Both the position numbers and the translations under genes were made by a program. Of a stretch of DNA of 64,000 nucleotides, positions 30,193-40,373 are shown one piece after another (positions within the stretch are counted from its first letter, which is position 1; every line of letters starts with the position of its first letter). Origin of the DNA: an uncultured Candidatus Saccharibacteria bacterium (lineage in GTDB: Bacteria > Patescibacteriota > Dojkabacteria > B142 > JAFGMG01); NCBI GenBank assembly GCA_964444125.1, contig CAYUFB010000002.1, forward strand, positions 9,075 to 73,074. Reading direction: 5' to 3'. The notes under the pieces were generated by a model. The model was not told the origin of the DNA, did no database searches, and saw nothing but the letters and a program-made list of their open reading frames with translations.

Positions 30193-30911
30193 AAGCTCTG
30201 TCTGGGCTTGGGTTGACTGCGCCGCTTCTGTCTATTGCATTACGAACGACGTTGTTTACTGAATTTGAGAAATCGCGACTAAAAGATAGTAGGATTAACC
30301 TACGTGATTTTTTTACTTATGAGTGGATTACGGAGTTTCTTGATGATATGATTAGAGCCAAGACAAATGTTGATGTTGGCACTAATTTGGATGAGCTGTA
30401 CGATATGGCTGTGTTGAAATCAAAAATTAGAAAAGTTGCTCTTTCCGCTATTGTTGCAGAGGCTGCGATAGAGAGTATGGAAATCGAAGTTGGTGATTCT
30501 CTTTGTGAGATCCATCGAGACGATGTTTTTGAGGCTAAGGAATTTAATGCGCATGTAAGGATAAATGATTACGCTTTCTTTAACGAAGAAACAATAAGTA
30601 AAGATCATGGATTTTTTCGGGTTAAGATTCTGAAAGTAGATGATCTTAAAAGTCATGATAATGGATTAGTTCAGATTGAATTAATAGCAGAAGGTGGTAA
30701 TTCACAAAAAATTGAGAACTTAGATAAAGTAAAATTGCATAAAGTTGGGACTAAGATTGGAGAGGCATTGTTAAGTAGAGGGATTATTACTAACACATCA
30801 AATATTCAAAATTTGCCTAGTAGTGTATCGGAAACTAGTATGATTTTATGGAATGCCATGAAGAATGAAGTACTTAAATCATCTGATGGGGTTATTACTT
30901 CTGCAGAATAA
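30078..30911 (+). CDS. Hypothetical protein. The start is TTG 30078 or ATG 30105.
   Basis: 277-aa ORF with no recognisable motif. Confidence 0.5.
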   Translation: MGSNHTVERMVYGKEIIYDYASTLYSDLDKLVDIQKRVKALSGLGLTAPLLSIALRTTLFTEFEKSRLKDSRINLRDFFTYEWITEFLDDMIRAKTNVDVGTNLDELYDMAVLKSKIRKVALSAIVAEAAIESMEIEVGDSLCEIHRDDVFEAKEFNAHVRINDYAFFNEETISKDHGFFRVKILKVDDLKSHDNGLVQIELIAEGGNSQKIENLDKVKLHKVGTKIGEALLSRGIITNTSNIQNLPSSVSETSMILWNAMKNEVLKSSDGVITSAE

Positions 30912-30958
30912 AAAATAAAATTTAAGTGTCAATTTTCAATCCTATCAAAGGAGTTTGT

Positions 30959-31618
30959 TTACCTCACTTCCACTAAATCCCACCAAAGAATTAGGCGTTC
31001 TTTGAGGCCATTATTACATGTCTGCATAGTAAGTGTTGGGGTATCAGATTGGCTTGTATAAACACTTGTTTCGCTTGGTTCAACAATTTTTGAAGTTCTA
31101 AACGAATATGTGTAAGTTATTCCGTTGTAATAAATATAGGCAATATCCCCTGGTTTGATCTTATCAAGATTTGCAAAGAAGCCGTTTTGTTTGCCATCAT
31201 AGTTTGACCTGTGTGCAAACAAATACACATTACCGTCTTTTGTTGCCTCATCAGGAAGAAGTGTGAACTTACCATGTGCAATATATTGATCTAGGACAGG
31301 TATATATTCTTCTTTGTATCTTGGGTCCGTATTTGCCCAGATATCGTGTTTGAGATTAATTGAGGGGATTTCTAGAGCGAAATTCGCATAAGTTTCTTCA
31401 GTCAGATTAGTTTCATTATTGGCAGTCGTTTCTGCAAGAACAGGCACTGAAAGGCTATCATTAAGTAAAAAACTATTATTTGCTGTTTTAGATTCTTCAG
31501 TGTGTTCTTCATCAACAGTACTTTCTACTTGTTGATTAATACCAGTAACTAAATTTAGCAAAATATTGCCAAATAATACTATTAGTATTAAATTTGAAAG
31601 AATAATTAATTTTCGCAT
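30959..31618 (-). CDS. Sortase-family transpeptidase with an N-terminal TM anchor.
   Basis: Catalytic signatures LFAHRS (His), LTMQTCNNG (TLxTC Cys) and a following Arg (KERL). Confidence 0.8.
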   Translation of the reverse strand: MRKLIILSNLILIVLFGNILLNLVTGINQQVESTVDEEHTEESKTANNSFLLNDSLSVPVLAETTANNETNLTEETYANFALEIPSINLKHDIWANTDPRYKEEYIPVLDQYIAHGKFTLLPDEATKDGNVYLFAHRSNYDGKQNGFFANLDKIKPGDIAYIYYNGITYTYSFRTSKIVEPSETSVYTSQSDTPTLTMQTCNNGLKERLILWWDLVEVR

Positions 31619-31753
31619 ATCACTATTATATATCTACCTCAATTATATCATTATTAAGTCATTTTCTTGAAATTTAAACAGTACTTCTGTTATCATTAAG
31701 CATTGCCCCAGATGTTATTTGTATGGGGCTTTTTTATTTCATTTTTCTTTCTC

Positions 31754-32509
31754 ATGGAAAATTCACAGCAAAATGGTTCAGAAAAGAAGGTTTTAGTTGT
31801 TGCAAACCCAGAGCTCAAATCTCAAGATATACTTGCTTTAGGTGCATTATTGCATATCCTGAAAGAGGGAAAAGAAAAGGTGGAAATACTAACTCTAGGC
31901 AAGGTCAATGAAAAAAAGGCTGAATTGCTTCCTGAAGGTGTCGATGCAGTCAATGAGCTTGCAGGCCAGAAATTTTTGATACAGTTTGTTTCGCAAGAAG
32001 ATTCAGTCGAGAATGTCCAATGGAATCAAGATAACAAAGATCTAAATCTATATATCACAATGAAGCAAGGAGATTTCAAGCCAGAGAAGATGAAATTTGA
32101 AGCCTTAGGTGGAAACTATGAGAAAATTTATGCTCTAGGCATTACGTCAATTGACCAGTTAGCACCTGCAATAAACGATGGTGTTAGATATATTTTCAAA
32201 GATACTGAAATTGTAAGTTTTGGTGCTACATTAAAAGCTGATGGCGCCAAGATCAAGGCACAAGAAAATGAGAAATTTGTCTCGACAGGGGAAGAAGTTT
32301 ATAAATATGCAAAAAATACTGGCAAAAAAATTAGTACTGATGCAGCGAATTACATTTTATCTTCAATCCTATCTTCAACTGACGGATTTAAGTTGTCGAT
32401 TAATGATGCCCAGACATTTATAACTTGTGCCGAACTAACTAAAATTGGTGCAGATATTAAACAAGCAAATTCATTAGTAACGAAATTTAGCGAAAAAACA
32501 ACTAAATGA
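31754..32509 (+). CDS. NrnA-like DHH-domain protein with degenerate catalytic motifs. ATG 31754 is the likely start.
   Basis: KKVLVVANP...ILALGALLHIL and AANYILSSILSSTDGFKLSINDAQTFITCAELTKIGAD match the DHH fold, but the DxD and DHH motifs are absent. Confidence 0.55.
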   Translation: MENSQQNGSEKKVLVVANPELKSQDILALGALLHILKEGKEKVEILTLGKVNEKKAELLPEGVDAVNELAGQKFLIQFVSQEDSVENVQWNQDNKDLNLYITMKQGDFKPEKMKFEALGGNYEKIYALGITSIDQLAPAINDGVRYIFKDTEIVSFGATLKADGAKIKAQENEKFVSTGEEVYKYAKNTGKKISTDAANYILSSILSSTDGFKLSINDAQTFITCAELTKIGADIKQANSLVTKFSEKTTK

Positions 32510-33786
32510 TCAAAGAATTTTTAGAAATATCTAAAAAGGTTATTATTGTTACCGATCCAAACGCAGATTTTGATCAATTTGCCGGATTTATAGCACTTGC
32601 CAAATTTCTACGTGACGAGCAAAAGGAAGTGTCTCTTTTGTTCCCCAAAAACACCAAAACGAATTTGTTCCTTAAGTTGTTTCCAACTGAGGATATAAAA
32701 GTGATGGACAAAACAGCTTGTGATAGTTTTATTGTCAGTCTTAGAAAAAATGGTGCAGTTGTTAAAGAAGTTAAGTGGCAGGAAGATCAAGGAAAAATAA
32801 ATATATACGTAACAACACAAAAGGGAGATATCGACTCTGAAAATGTAAATATCAAGCCAAATATGAACGTATTCGACGCAATTATATTATTTGGAATAGA
32901 GGATCTGGAGAAAGCTAAGAATTATTTTGCATTAGAAGATTCGTTTTTTAATAAAGGCAAGACTATTCAAATAGGCAATCTTCACAAGGACCAAGGGGCG
33001 TATAAATTCAACGAGGTAAGTGATATATATTCAGTTTTAGTTTATAAATTGGCGCATGATCTTGGTATAAAAATATCTGGGATGATCCAAACAGACCTAC
33101 TTTCTGGAATCCTTTGGAAGACTAAGGGGTTGTTTAGAGTATCAGATAAATCAGTAGTTGAGGTTATCTGTGAACTATCCAAGTCACAAGCAAATATCAA
33201 AGCAGCCCAAGATAAGGCCTTTAGACAAAATACAATGCAAGATATGCAAATACTTGATTTGGTTATAAAGAATTTGAATATTAATTCAGATAACGTTGCT
33301 TACAGTGTCATTCATAACGCTCAGACAAAAGGCGTCAATCTTGATTTCATTATCTCTTCAAATTGGCACCAGCTAGATAAATTAAAAAATGTAGACTATG
33401 GATTTGTATTATTTGAGTATGCTGATCATGTAAAGGGGCTGGTATTTAGTTCCGGAATAATCGATTTAAATGAAATTCTGACTGAGTTTAAAAGTCATGG
33501 CGATGAGTATGAGAGGTATTTCCAGACAGACAAGAAGATTGAAGAAGTTAAGGAACTATTACTAAAGGCGAAGAAGGACAATAAATCAGCACCTGTAGAA
33601 ATTATTAAAGGTGAAAAAAAGCAAGAGGAGAAGAAAGCTACAAAAGAGGAGGGTGAAACAAAAACAAACTACGATCCATTAGCCCCGGCAAATGTACTGC
33701 CGGACCCACTCGCTTTGGAGAAGCTTGAAGATAATGACCAGAAATCTGGTTATAATCCACCCCCTCCAATTAATCCAGTAAATTAA
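32506..33786 (+). CDS. Second NrnA-like DHH/DHHA1-like protein. The DHH motif is lost and the C-terminal tail is proline-rich.
   Basis: VIIVTDPNADFDQFAGFIAL (motif I retained), QTDLLSGILWKTKGLFRV; tail YNPPPPINPVN. Confidence 0.55.
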   Translation: MIKEFLEISKKVIIVTDPNADFDQFAGFIALAKFLRDEQKEVSLLFPKNTKTNLFLKLFPTEDIKVMDKTACDSFIVSLRKNGAVVKEVKWQEDQGKINIYVTTQKGDIDSENVNIKPNMNVFDAIILFGIEDLEKAKNYFALEDSFFNKGKTIQIGNLHKDQGAYKFNEVSDIYSVLVYKLAHDLGIKISGMIQTDLLSGILWKTKGLFRVSDKSVVEVICELSKSQANIKAAQDKAFRQNTMQDMQILDLVIKNLNINSDNVAYSVIHNAQTKGVNLDFIISSNWHQLDKLKNVDYGFVLFEYADHVKGLVFSSGIIDLNEILTEFKSHGDEYERYFQTDKKIEEVKELLLKAKKDNKSAPVEIIKGEKKQEEKKATKEEGETKTNYDPLAPANVLPDPLALEKLEDNDQKSGYNPPPPINPVN

Positions 33787-33868
33787 TAATTGTATTAATA
33801 AAAATTTATCAATAATTCATGAATTTAGTTATTATGTATGTTATAAACTTCTAGTTTAATACTAATTT

Positions 33869-34546
33869 ATGAAACCACATATTTGTGTCATAGAAGACGA
33901 CATATCACTTGCAAACTCAATAAAAAAGTTTCTCGAACTGGAAGGATTCAACGTTACCAATTTGCATAATGGCAAAGAAGGTTATTTATACCTTCTGGAT
34001 AATTATAGATTTGTGGATGCTGTTATTCTTGATATCAATTTGCCAGGCATGAATGGACTAGATATATGTCACGACATCAGGCAGAAGGCTATAGATATAC
34101 CTATATTGATGCTAACCAATGAACTTCGTACCGCCACGGTTGTTGACGCTTTTGATATCGGTGCTGATGATTATATAAAAAAGCCATTTGAAATTAAGGA
34201 ACTCAAAGCAAGAATTGATTTACGACTTCGAAAAAATTATCAAAGAGGGGAGAGGATTATCAAACATCGTGATTTGGAGATAAATATCTCTCGAAGAGAG
34301 GCTAAATACAAAGGAAGATTGCTCAATCTTAGACGCAAGGAATTCGATTTGTTGATATTTTTGCTTAGAAACAGGGGGCAGGCAATAGCTAGAGATGAAA
34401 TAATATCGTGTGTATGGAATTTTGATCAGATGCCATACCCAAACACGATTGATGCACATATAAGTGTCATTCGAAAGGAAATTGATGACAAAGATCAAAA
34501 CATCATCAAAACAATACACGGGATTGGATACAAATTCGTTGATTGA
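33869..34546 (+). CDS. OmpR/PhoB-family two-component response regulator. No histidine kinase is adjacent.
   Basis: Receiver domain with IEDD, a phospho-acceptor Asp context (VILDINLPGMNG), and a winged-helix C-terminal domain. Confidence 0.85.
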   Translation: MKPHICVIEDDISLANSIKKFLELEGFNVTNLHNGKEGYLYLLDNYRFVDAVILDINLPGMNGLDICHDIRQKAIDIPILMLTNELRTATVVDAFDIGADDYIKKPFEIKELKARIDLRLRKNYQRGERIIKHRDLEINISRREAKYKGRLLNLRRKEFDLLIFLLRNRGQAIARDEIISCVWNFDQMPYPNTIDAHISVIRKEIDDKDQNIIKTIHGIGYKFVD

Positions 34547-34551
34547 TTGAA

Positions 34552-36714
34552 TTAGTCCTGACCCTGATTGCCTTGCAAGAATGATTCAATATCATTGACC
34601 AATATGTCTCTTGGCTTACTTCCCTTCGCTGGACCCACCACGCCGTACTTTTGCAATTCATCAAGAAGTCTTGCAGCTCTGTTGTACCCGACACTTAGTT
34701 TTCTTTGAATCAAGGAAGAAGATCCTTTGCCAGCAGCGACAACCACTCTTGCAGCATCAGCAAAAAGCTCATCATCAGAGAATTTGGCACTTGCTCTAGC
34801 TCCTGCAGGAAGATTTGGATCAGCCTGTCTTTCTATTATTTCGTCATTGTATTCAACCTCATCAACTTGACCTTTAAGGAATTTGACTACTCTTTGCACC
34901 TCATCTTGGGTGATAAGTACACCTTGAAGTCTATAAGGTTTGTTCTTGTCTGGTTCCTTAAATAACAAATCTCCCATACCAAGAAGGGACTCTGATCCGA
35001 TTTGATCTAAGATAACTCTTGAATCAATCTGTGTAGTAACGCTCATTCCGATTCTACCTGGGATGTTTGCTTTGATCAGACCTGTAATGACATCAACTGA
35101 AGGTCTTTGTGTAGCCAAGATCAAATGAATACCCGTAGCTCTAGCTTTTTGAGCAAGTCTGACGATTGAAGATTCAATTTCTGCTCCTCCGGTCATCATC
35201 ATATCGGCCATCTCGTCAATTACTATTACAATATAAGGCAATGCTGCAAACCCCTTTTTTCCATTATATCCTTCAATATTTCTAACCATCGATTCTCTAA
35301 AGAGTGTATAACGCTGTTCCATTTCTGCTAATGCCCATTTCAATGCGTTATTTACCTTTTCCATTTCAGTGATAACAGGTGTTAATAGGTGAGGAATTCC
35401 GTTATAGTCCGATAATTCCACTTGTTTTGGATCGACCATGATGAATCTAATCTCATCTGGTGATTTGTACATCAAAAGACTCATGATAAAGGAGTTGGTC
35501 AATACTGATTTGCCTGATCCTGTTGCTCCAGCAATAAGTAAGTGGGGCATTTTCTGAATATCAGCGATTATATTGTCTCCTGCGATGTTTTTGCCAACGG
35601 TAACAGGTAATTTCCTCTTTGGATTTTGCATCTCATCATCTGTAGCAAGCTCTTTGAAGAAGACAGCTTCTCTGCTTGTATTTGGGACTTCAATACCTAT
35701 ATAACTAGTGCCTGGAATAGGTGCTTCTATTCTAACGGCATTTGATGCTACTGCTAATGCTAGAGCGATGTCATTTTTTAGATTTGCGATTTTTGATACC
35801 TTTGTCCCAAGTGGTATGTCTATGGCATATTGAGTCACAGTTGGCCCAATAGCGACATTTACTACTTTTGCATTGATCGCAAAGCTTCTAAGGGTTTGCT
35901 CAATGATCTCAGATTTGCCCTTGATATCTTCTCTCGTTTGTTTTTTTGTTGGTGGATTATTAAGCAAATCCATTGGTGGTAATTGCCAGTTCGGGTATTG
36001 CAACTCTTCATTAGCAAGAGTCTCTTGGTCTCTATTTTGTTGATTATTGATAGTTTTAAGTTCTACTGGTTTGTTTTGTTCGGGTAATTTATCTACATTA
36101 GAAAAATTGTCCAGCCTTTTATTGAAATCGCCGAAAGTCTCTGCTGGTTGAGGATTTGTATCTTCCTCTTTGACTTCTTTAGAAGCAATTGCAACGAATA
36201 ATGCTTTGATATTGGTAAATATTTTGCTGAAAAACTCAGTAATTGTCATAACAAATATTAATGGGATCGAGATGATGAATAGAATAATTGCAAAAAGCAT
36301 AGTGAATTGAGCAAATATCTGTCTTTCGAAAAATCTTGAAATATGATATCCAGCAAGTCCTCCAATGCCTCCATCTTGTGCTGTCTCAAATAATAGCTCT
36401 TTGTCCGCAACGAGAGTGAAAATGATTAGCAAAGAAAAAATAAACAGAAACTGTCCGAATAAACTTCGTGCAGAATTGAGAGTATATTTCACATTGAACA
36501 AGCTTAGCGAGGTATTCAAAAAGAAAATCCCTGCTAATATGGTGACATTTCCAAAAATTGATTTAGTGAATTTGAGTACTGCCGATTCTGAATTTATAAG
36601 GGTGATTGTGCAAAGTATAAACAGCACCAAGAAAACTAAACCCAAGAAAGTTTGAGTCTCTTTGCTGTTGTATGTCACAGATGTTCTTTTTTTTGGTCTT
36701 CCTCTTCTTCCCAT
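34552..36714 (-). CDS. ftsK: DNA translocase FtsK/SpoIIIE.
   Basis: N-terminal TM helices, Walker A GATGSGKS, and a C-terminal gamma domain. Confidence 0.9.
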   Translation of the reverse strand: MGRRGRPKKRTSVTYNSKETQTFLGLVFLVLFILCTITLINSESAVLKFTKSIFGNVTILAGIFFLNTSLSLFNVKYTLNSARSLFGQFLFIFSLLIIFTLVADKELLFETAQDGGIGGLAGYHISRFFERQIFAQFTMLFAIILFIISIPLIFVMTITEFFSKIFTNIKALFVAIASKEVKEEDTNPQPAETFGDFNKRLDNFSNVDKLPEQNKPVELKTINNQQNRDQETLANEELQYPNWQLPPMDLLNNPPTKKQTREDIKGKSEIIEQTLRSFAINAKVVNVAIGPTVTQYAIDIPLGTKVSKIANLKNDIALALAVASNAVRIEAPIPGTSYIGIEVPNTSREAVFFKELATDDEMQNPKRKLPVTVGKNIAGDNIIADIQKMPHLLIAGATGSGKSVLTNSFIMSLLMYKSPDEIRFIMVDPKQVELSDYNGIPHLLTPVITEMEKVNNALKWALAEMEQRYTLFRESMVRNIEGYNGKKGFAALPYIVIVIDEMADMMMTGGAEIESSIVRLAQKARATGIHLILATQRPSVDVITGLIKANIPGRIGMSVTTQIDSRVILDQIGSESLLGMGDLLFKEPDKNKPYRLQGVLITQDEVQRVVKFLKGQVDEVEYNDEIIERQADPNLPAGARASAKFSDDELFADAARVVVAAGKGSSSLIQRKLSVGYNRAARLLDELQKYGVVGPAKGSKPRDILVNDIESFLQGNQGQD

Positions 36715-36769
36715 CGTAAATAGTGTACAGTTTATATATAGAAGGGGTCAAGGCGGGTCGGGGCAAAAT

Positions 36770-37906
36770 TTATTTAATTATCGAGTAATCAAATTGCAAA
36801 TCACCACCGAGTCGCCAAAAACTTATCCCAGCGAGATTGCTTTTCTTAGCCTTTTGATAGCGTTTTTGGACATCGCTTTCGTCTATATATACCAAGATTC
36901 TGTCATTTCCATCTCTTTTGTAGGATGCATATCGTTCGCCCCAAAGCGGAATCTCTTCAATTGTTGCATTATATTTTTCGGTTATCTCCTTGATTTGATC
37001 GTAGGTATAAGCGTCAGCTTGCAGTTTCTCTTCGGGAGCTTGAGGCATCAAGTTGGTTACTATGTTGATCTCGCTTGCTGCCCAGTTGTAGCCATAATTA
37101 TGTACCCCAAGGTGAATCTTTTTCTTTGGAATTTTCTTTATTGCCTCGTTGATCACCAGGTCAACCCAAAGAATTGGAGCTATTGGTCCGGGTGTCTTTT
37201 GGGCCTGACTGGAATAATCATAAGCCATAATTCTTATTTCATCTGCATGTTTAGACAGAAATGCCCAATCTTGAACTTGTCTAGTTTCTTTCAGGGTCGG
37301 ATATATTGTATTTTCGCCCCATTTGGCAAGTACTGTAATCGAAAAGGTGAGATTACTACCCTTTTCCTTTTCGATTTCTCTTATTCCTTTGTTAAGTTTG
37401 ATTACAAATTCTTGATATTTTTCTTTATCGCTTAATTTCGTGGATTCATAATCTAGGTCGATACCATCAAAGTTATTCTTATCGATCTCATCAAGTATCT
37501 GTTTTAAATGCCTATCAAAACTTTCTTGATTCTGTAGTACCTTTGTAAAAATCTCATGATCAAACATTGCAATTGATGGTACAAATGCAATTTCATTGTC
37601 CTGGGCGTATTTTTGTAAAGATGTAAATTTTGTATTTTTCTTCAATAAGCTTCCATCTTCGTTTACTTCATATAGAACTGGCATAACTAGATAAAAAGTA
37701 TCTGGGTTTTGCTCGAGAGTCTTAAGGCCTCTTTCTATATCCCAGTAGGGGATCCAAGCGGAGATTTTGGTCTCTTCTGAAGTTGTTTCTGTTTTGTCTT
37801 GTTTTGGTGTTTTGATTATCTCTTGTGTATCGGTTTTATTTAGAAACAAATATACCCCAAGAAATACAAATAGTATGAAAATTATAAAGAGTATTATCCT
37901 TCTCAT
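36770..37906 (-). CDS. Glycoside hydrolase family 18-like protein with an N-terminal TM anchor.
   Basis: GH18 catalytic motif DGIDLDYE. Confidence 0.7.
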   Translation of the reverse strand: MRRIILFIIFILFVFLGVYLFLNKTDTQEIIKTPKQDKTETTSEETKISAWIPYWDIERGLKTLEQNPDTFYLVMPVLYEVNEDGSLLKKNTKFTSLQKYAQDNEIAFVPSIAMFDHEIFTKVLQNQESFDRHLKQILDEIDKNNFDGIDLDYESTKLSDKEKYQEFVIKLNKGIREIEKEKGSNLTFSITVLAKWGENTIYPTLKETRQVQDWAFLSKHADEIRIMAYDYSSQAQKTPGPIAPILWVDLVINEAIKKIPKKKIHLGVHNYGYNWAASEINIVTNLMPQAPEEKLQADAYTYDQIKEITEKYNATIEEIPLWGERYASYKRDGNDRILVYIDESDVQKRYQKAKKSNLAGISFWRLGGDLQFDYSIIK

Positions 37907-37912
37907 TATTGT

Positions 37913-38755
37913 TTATGTAATTTGTACTAAAATTGCACCAATTATTGCGAGTATCACGGCTATAATCTTTTTAAGAGCCAGGTCTTTTTCTTTCAGATAT
38001 AGGTATTCTGCAAAAAATGTAATAACTAAAAATGATTCCGTGGTCACAATTATTGTGCTTTGTTCACCAGTATTTAGTGCATTATTTAGAAATAGATAGC
38101 CAAATGCAGCAAATACTGAGGAAGAAATAATTAGTTTGTAATCTTTTGTAAATATTTTTTTCGATCTATTCTTCCAGTCTGGCATCATAATTACATTGAT
38201 TATTGCCCCAAAAGCTAATACTAAAAAGGTAAGTTGCATGACGCTAAAATGTTTAAAAAAGTAACTGTAGGAGGTAATTATGAAAGCATAAATAATTGTT
38301 GCAGCAAGTTCTAGATATATTCCTCTTGCGGATTTTGTGTTCTTTAGGTTCTGGTATAAAAGTAAGCCTGCAGATACTGCAAAAAACAGACCAATTAATT
38401 TGATCGCACTAAATGATTCTCCTAGCACCAATACGTCTAGAAAAAATATCCAGACCATGCGTAATCTACCGACTGCACCTTGGATAGAGGGGGATATGAA
38501 ATTAACTGCCTTGTTTTTTAGATAATTATGAAGTACGACAAACGAAATCATTAGGATTATCATTGTCCATGCAGTAGGGTTGTTTGTGAAATTCTTTTCA
38601 GATAATAGAAAAGGAGATACTATAATCGCTCCAATAAAGCTGAACCAAAATGAATAGGCCCATGCGTCTTTGTTACCCTTAAGTAGCTTTCTAGTTAGAA
38701 TGCCCGCTATTGTATAAAACAGCGCTGAAAGTAAGGCATATATAAACCAGTTCAT
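37913..38755 (-). CDS. EamA/DMT-family transporter.
   Basis: Ten predicted TM helices and duplicated EamA-like halves; 280 aa. Confidence 0.75.
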   Translation of the reverse strand: MNWFIYALLSALFYTIAGILTRKLLKGNKDAWAYSFWFSFIGAIIVSPFLLSEKNFTNNPTAWTMIILMISFVVLHNYLKNKAVNFISPSIQGAVGRLRMVWIFFLDVLVLGESFSAIKLIGLFFAVSAGLLLYQNLKNTKSARGIYLELAATIIYAFIITSYSYFFKHFSVMQLTFLVLAFGAIINVIMMPDWKNRSKKIFTKDYKLIISSSVFAAFGYLFLNNALNTGEQSTIIVTTESFLVITFFAEYLYLKEKDLALKKIIAVILAIIGAILVQIT

Positions 38756-38761
38756 TTATTA

Positions 38762-39424
38762 TTATCTAATAAGTTTTTTCATTTTTTCCTTCCAAAGAGT
38801 GATTTTCTCATGATTGCCTGATAGAAGTACCTCAGGAACTTTCAATTCTTTTCCGTTCAAGTTGTATACGGCTGGTTTGGTATATATAGGATATTGGATG
38901 GTGGAGTCATCATCATAAAACGAATCGGTCTTGGGGGTTGATTCATTGCCTACAACATTGGGGATCAGCCTCGAGACACTGTCTACAACAACCATTGCTG
39001 GTATTTCGCCTCCAGTTAGGACATAATTTCCTATTGATATTTGCATATCGCAAACTTCGTCTAATATCCTTTGATCGAAGCCTTCGTAGTGTCCTGCAAG
39101 TATGATGACGTGATCAAAGTCTTTTGCAATTCTTTTGGCTGTTGATTGCTTGTAGGTTTCACCTTTGGCAGTCATCGCTATTACTAATGAGTTTTCTTTT
39201 TTCAGTTCATCAACTGCTTTGGCCACAGGTTCAATCATAATAATCATTCCTCCTCCGCCACCATATGGAGTATCGTCAACTTGTTTATATCTGCTTTTTG
39301 ACCAGTTTCGTAAGTCGTGAATGTTGATTTTTATTATTCCTTTCTCTTGTGCTCTTTTAAGAATGCTTTCTGAAAATGGTCCTTCAAACATTTTTGGAAA
39401 AAGCGTGAGTATATCTATTTGCAT
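38762..39424 (-). CDS. trmD: tRNA (guanine37-N1)-methyltransferase.
   Basis: MQIDILTLFPKMFEG, TPYGGGGGM and GHYEGFDQR motifs. Confidence 0.92.
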   Translation of the reverse strand: MQIDILTLFPKMFEGPFSESILKRAQEKGIIKINIHDLRNWSKSRYKQVDDTPYGGGGGMIIMIEPVAKAVDELKKENSLVIAMTAKGETYKQSTAKRIAKDFDHVIILAGHYEGFDQRILDEVCDMQISIGNYVLTGGEIPAMVVVDSVSRLIPNVVGNESTPKTDSFYDDDSTIQYPIYTKPAVYNLNGKELKVPEVLLSGNHEKITLWKEKMKKLIR

Positions 39425-39509
39425 TGTTGATTATTAATTTAATTGATTATACAGTATTTAAATACTATTGGTTTGGTTATTTCTATTATGAAAATGATAT
39501 AATATTTTT

Positions 39510-39773
39510 ATGGAAAAAGAACTAAAAAAATTAATGAAAGCAAATAAAACATTGTTTTGGGATATATCAGAAGAGGCTCTAAATGGGCTTTCTCAAAATG
39601 CTGTGGTAACAAGGATTGTTGAATATGGAGATATGGGCTCTTTCAAGAAATTAGTTGACCTAAATGCAGATTTATTGAAGGATCTTGCAAATTCCCAAAT
39701 GCATAAAGGTAGAGTGAACTTGTCCAAAAGAATCATAAATTTTATAAACACATATTTTGAGTACAATTCATAA
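39510..39773 (+). CDS. Small hypothetical protein; putative partner or antitoxin of the downstream nucleotidyltransferase.
   Basis: 87-aa ORF overlapping the next gene by 17 nt. Confidence 0.4.
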   Translation: MEKELKKLMKANKTLFWDISEEALNGLSQNAVVTRIVEYGDMGSFKKLVDLNADLLKDLANSQMHKGRVNLSKRIINFINTYFEYNS

Positions 39774-40368
39774 GCAAGTTTTAAATGATAAACAACTTGA
39801 GCTACTTCCTCTACTACATAAGTTTTATAAATTTTATTTAGCAGGAGGTACTGCTTTGGCTCTCCAAATTGGGCATAGGAAATCTATTGATTTTGATTTG
39901 TTTTCAAAAGAAGAAATAGACAAAAATGCAATATTAAAAGTACTTGACCAACGAAAGGTTAATCAGATTATTGTTGATAGTATTGACGAATTCACGTTTG
40001 TTTACGATGGGGTAAAATTGACATTTTTAAATTTTCCGTTCCGGATAGAGGAGTTTGTTGATTTAGAATTTGTAAAAGCTGTTGATTTTCTTACGATTGC
40101 TGCTATGAAAGCATATGCCCTGGGTAGACGTGCTAAGTGGAAAGATTATGTTGATATTTATTTTATTATTCAAAAGGAATCCATTAATTCTATTATTCAC
40201 AAAGCAGAGGAACTTTTTGGAAATTTATTCTCAGAGAAGCTTTTTCGTTCTCAGCTTTGTTATTTTGAGGACATTGATTATTCAGAGAAGGTTGACTTCG
40301 TAGCAGATCACGAAGTTAACGATGAACAGGTCAAGGAAACATTGAAGCGGATTGCTGTGACTTTCTAA
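39757..40368 (+). CDS. Nucleotidyltransferase-fold protein of the AbiEii/AbiGii toxin type.
   Basis: YLAGGTALALQIGHRKSIDFDLF matches the GGTAL...hR.S.DhD signature of AbiEii-family nucleotidyltransferases. Confidence 0.5.
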   Translation: MSTIHKQVLNDKQLELLPLLHKFYKFYLAGGTALALQIGHRKSIDFDLFSKEEIDKNAILKVLDQRKVNQIIVDSIDEFTFVYDGVKLTFLNFPFRIEEFVDLEFVKAVDFLTIAAMKAYALGRRAKWKDYVDIYFIIQKESINSIIHKAEELFGNLFSEKLFRSQLCYFEDIDYSEKVDFVADHEVNDEQVKETLKRIAVTF

Positions 40369-40373
40369 ATTTT

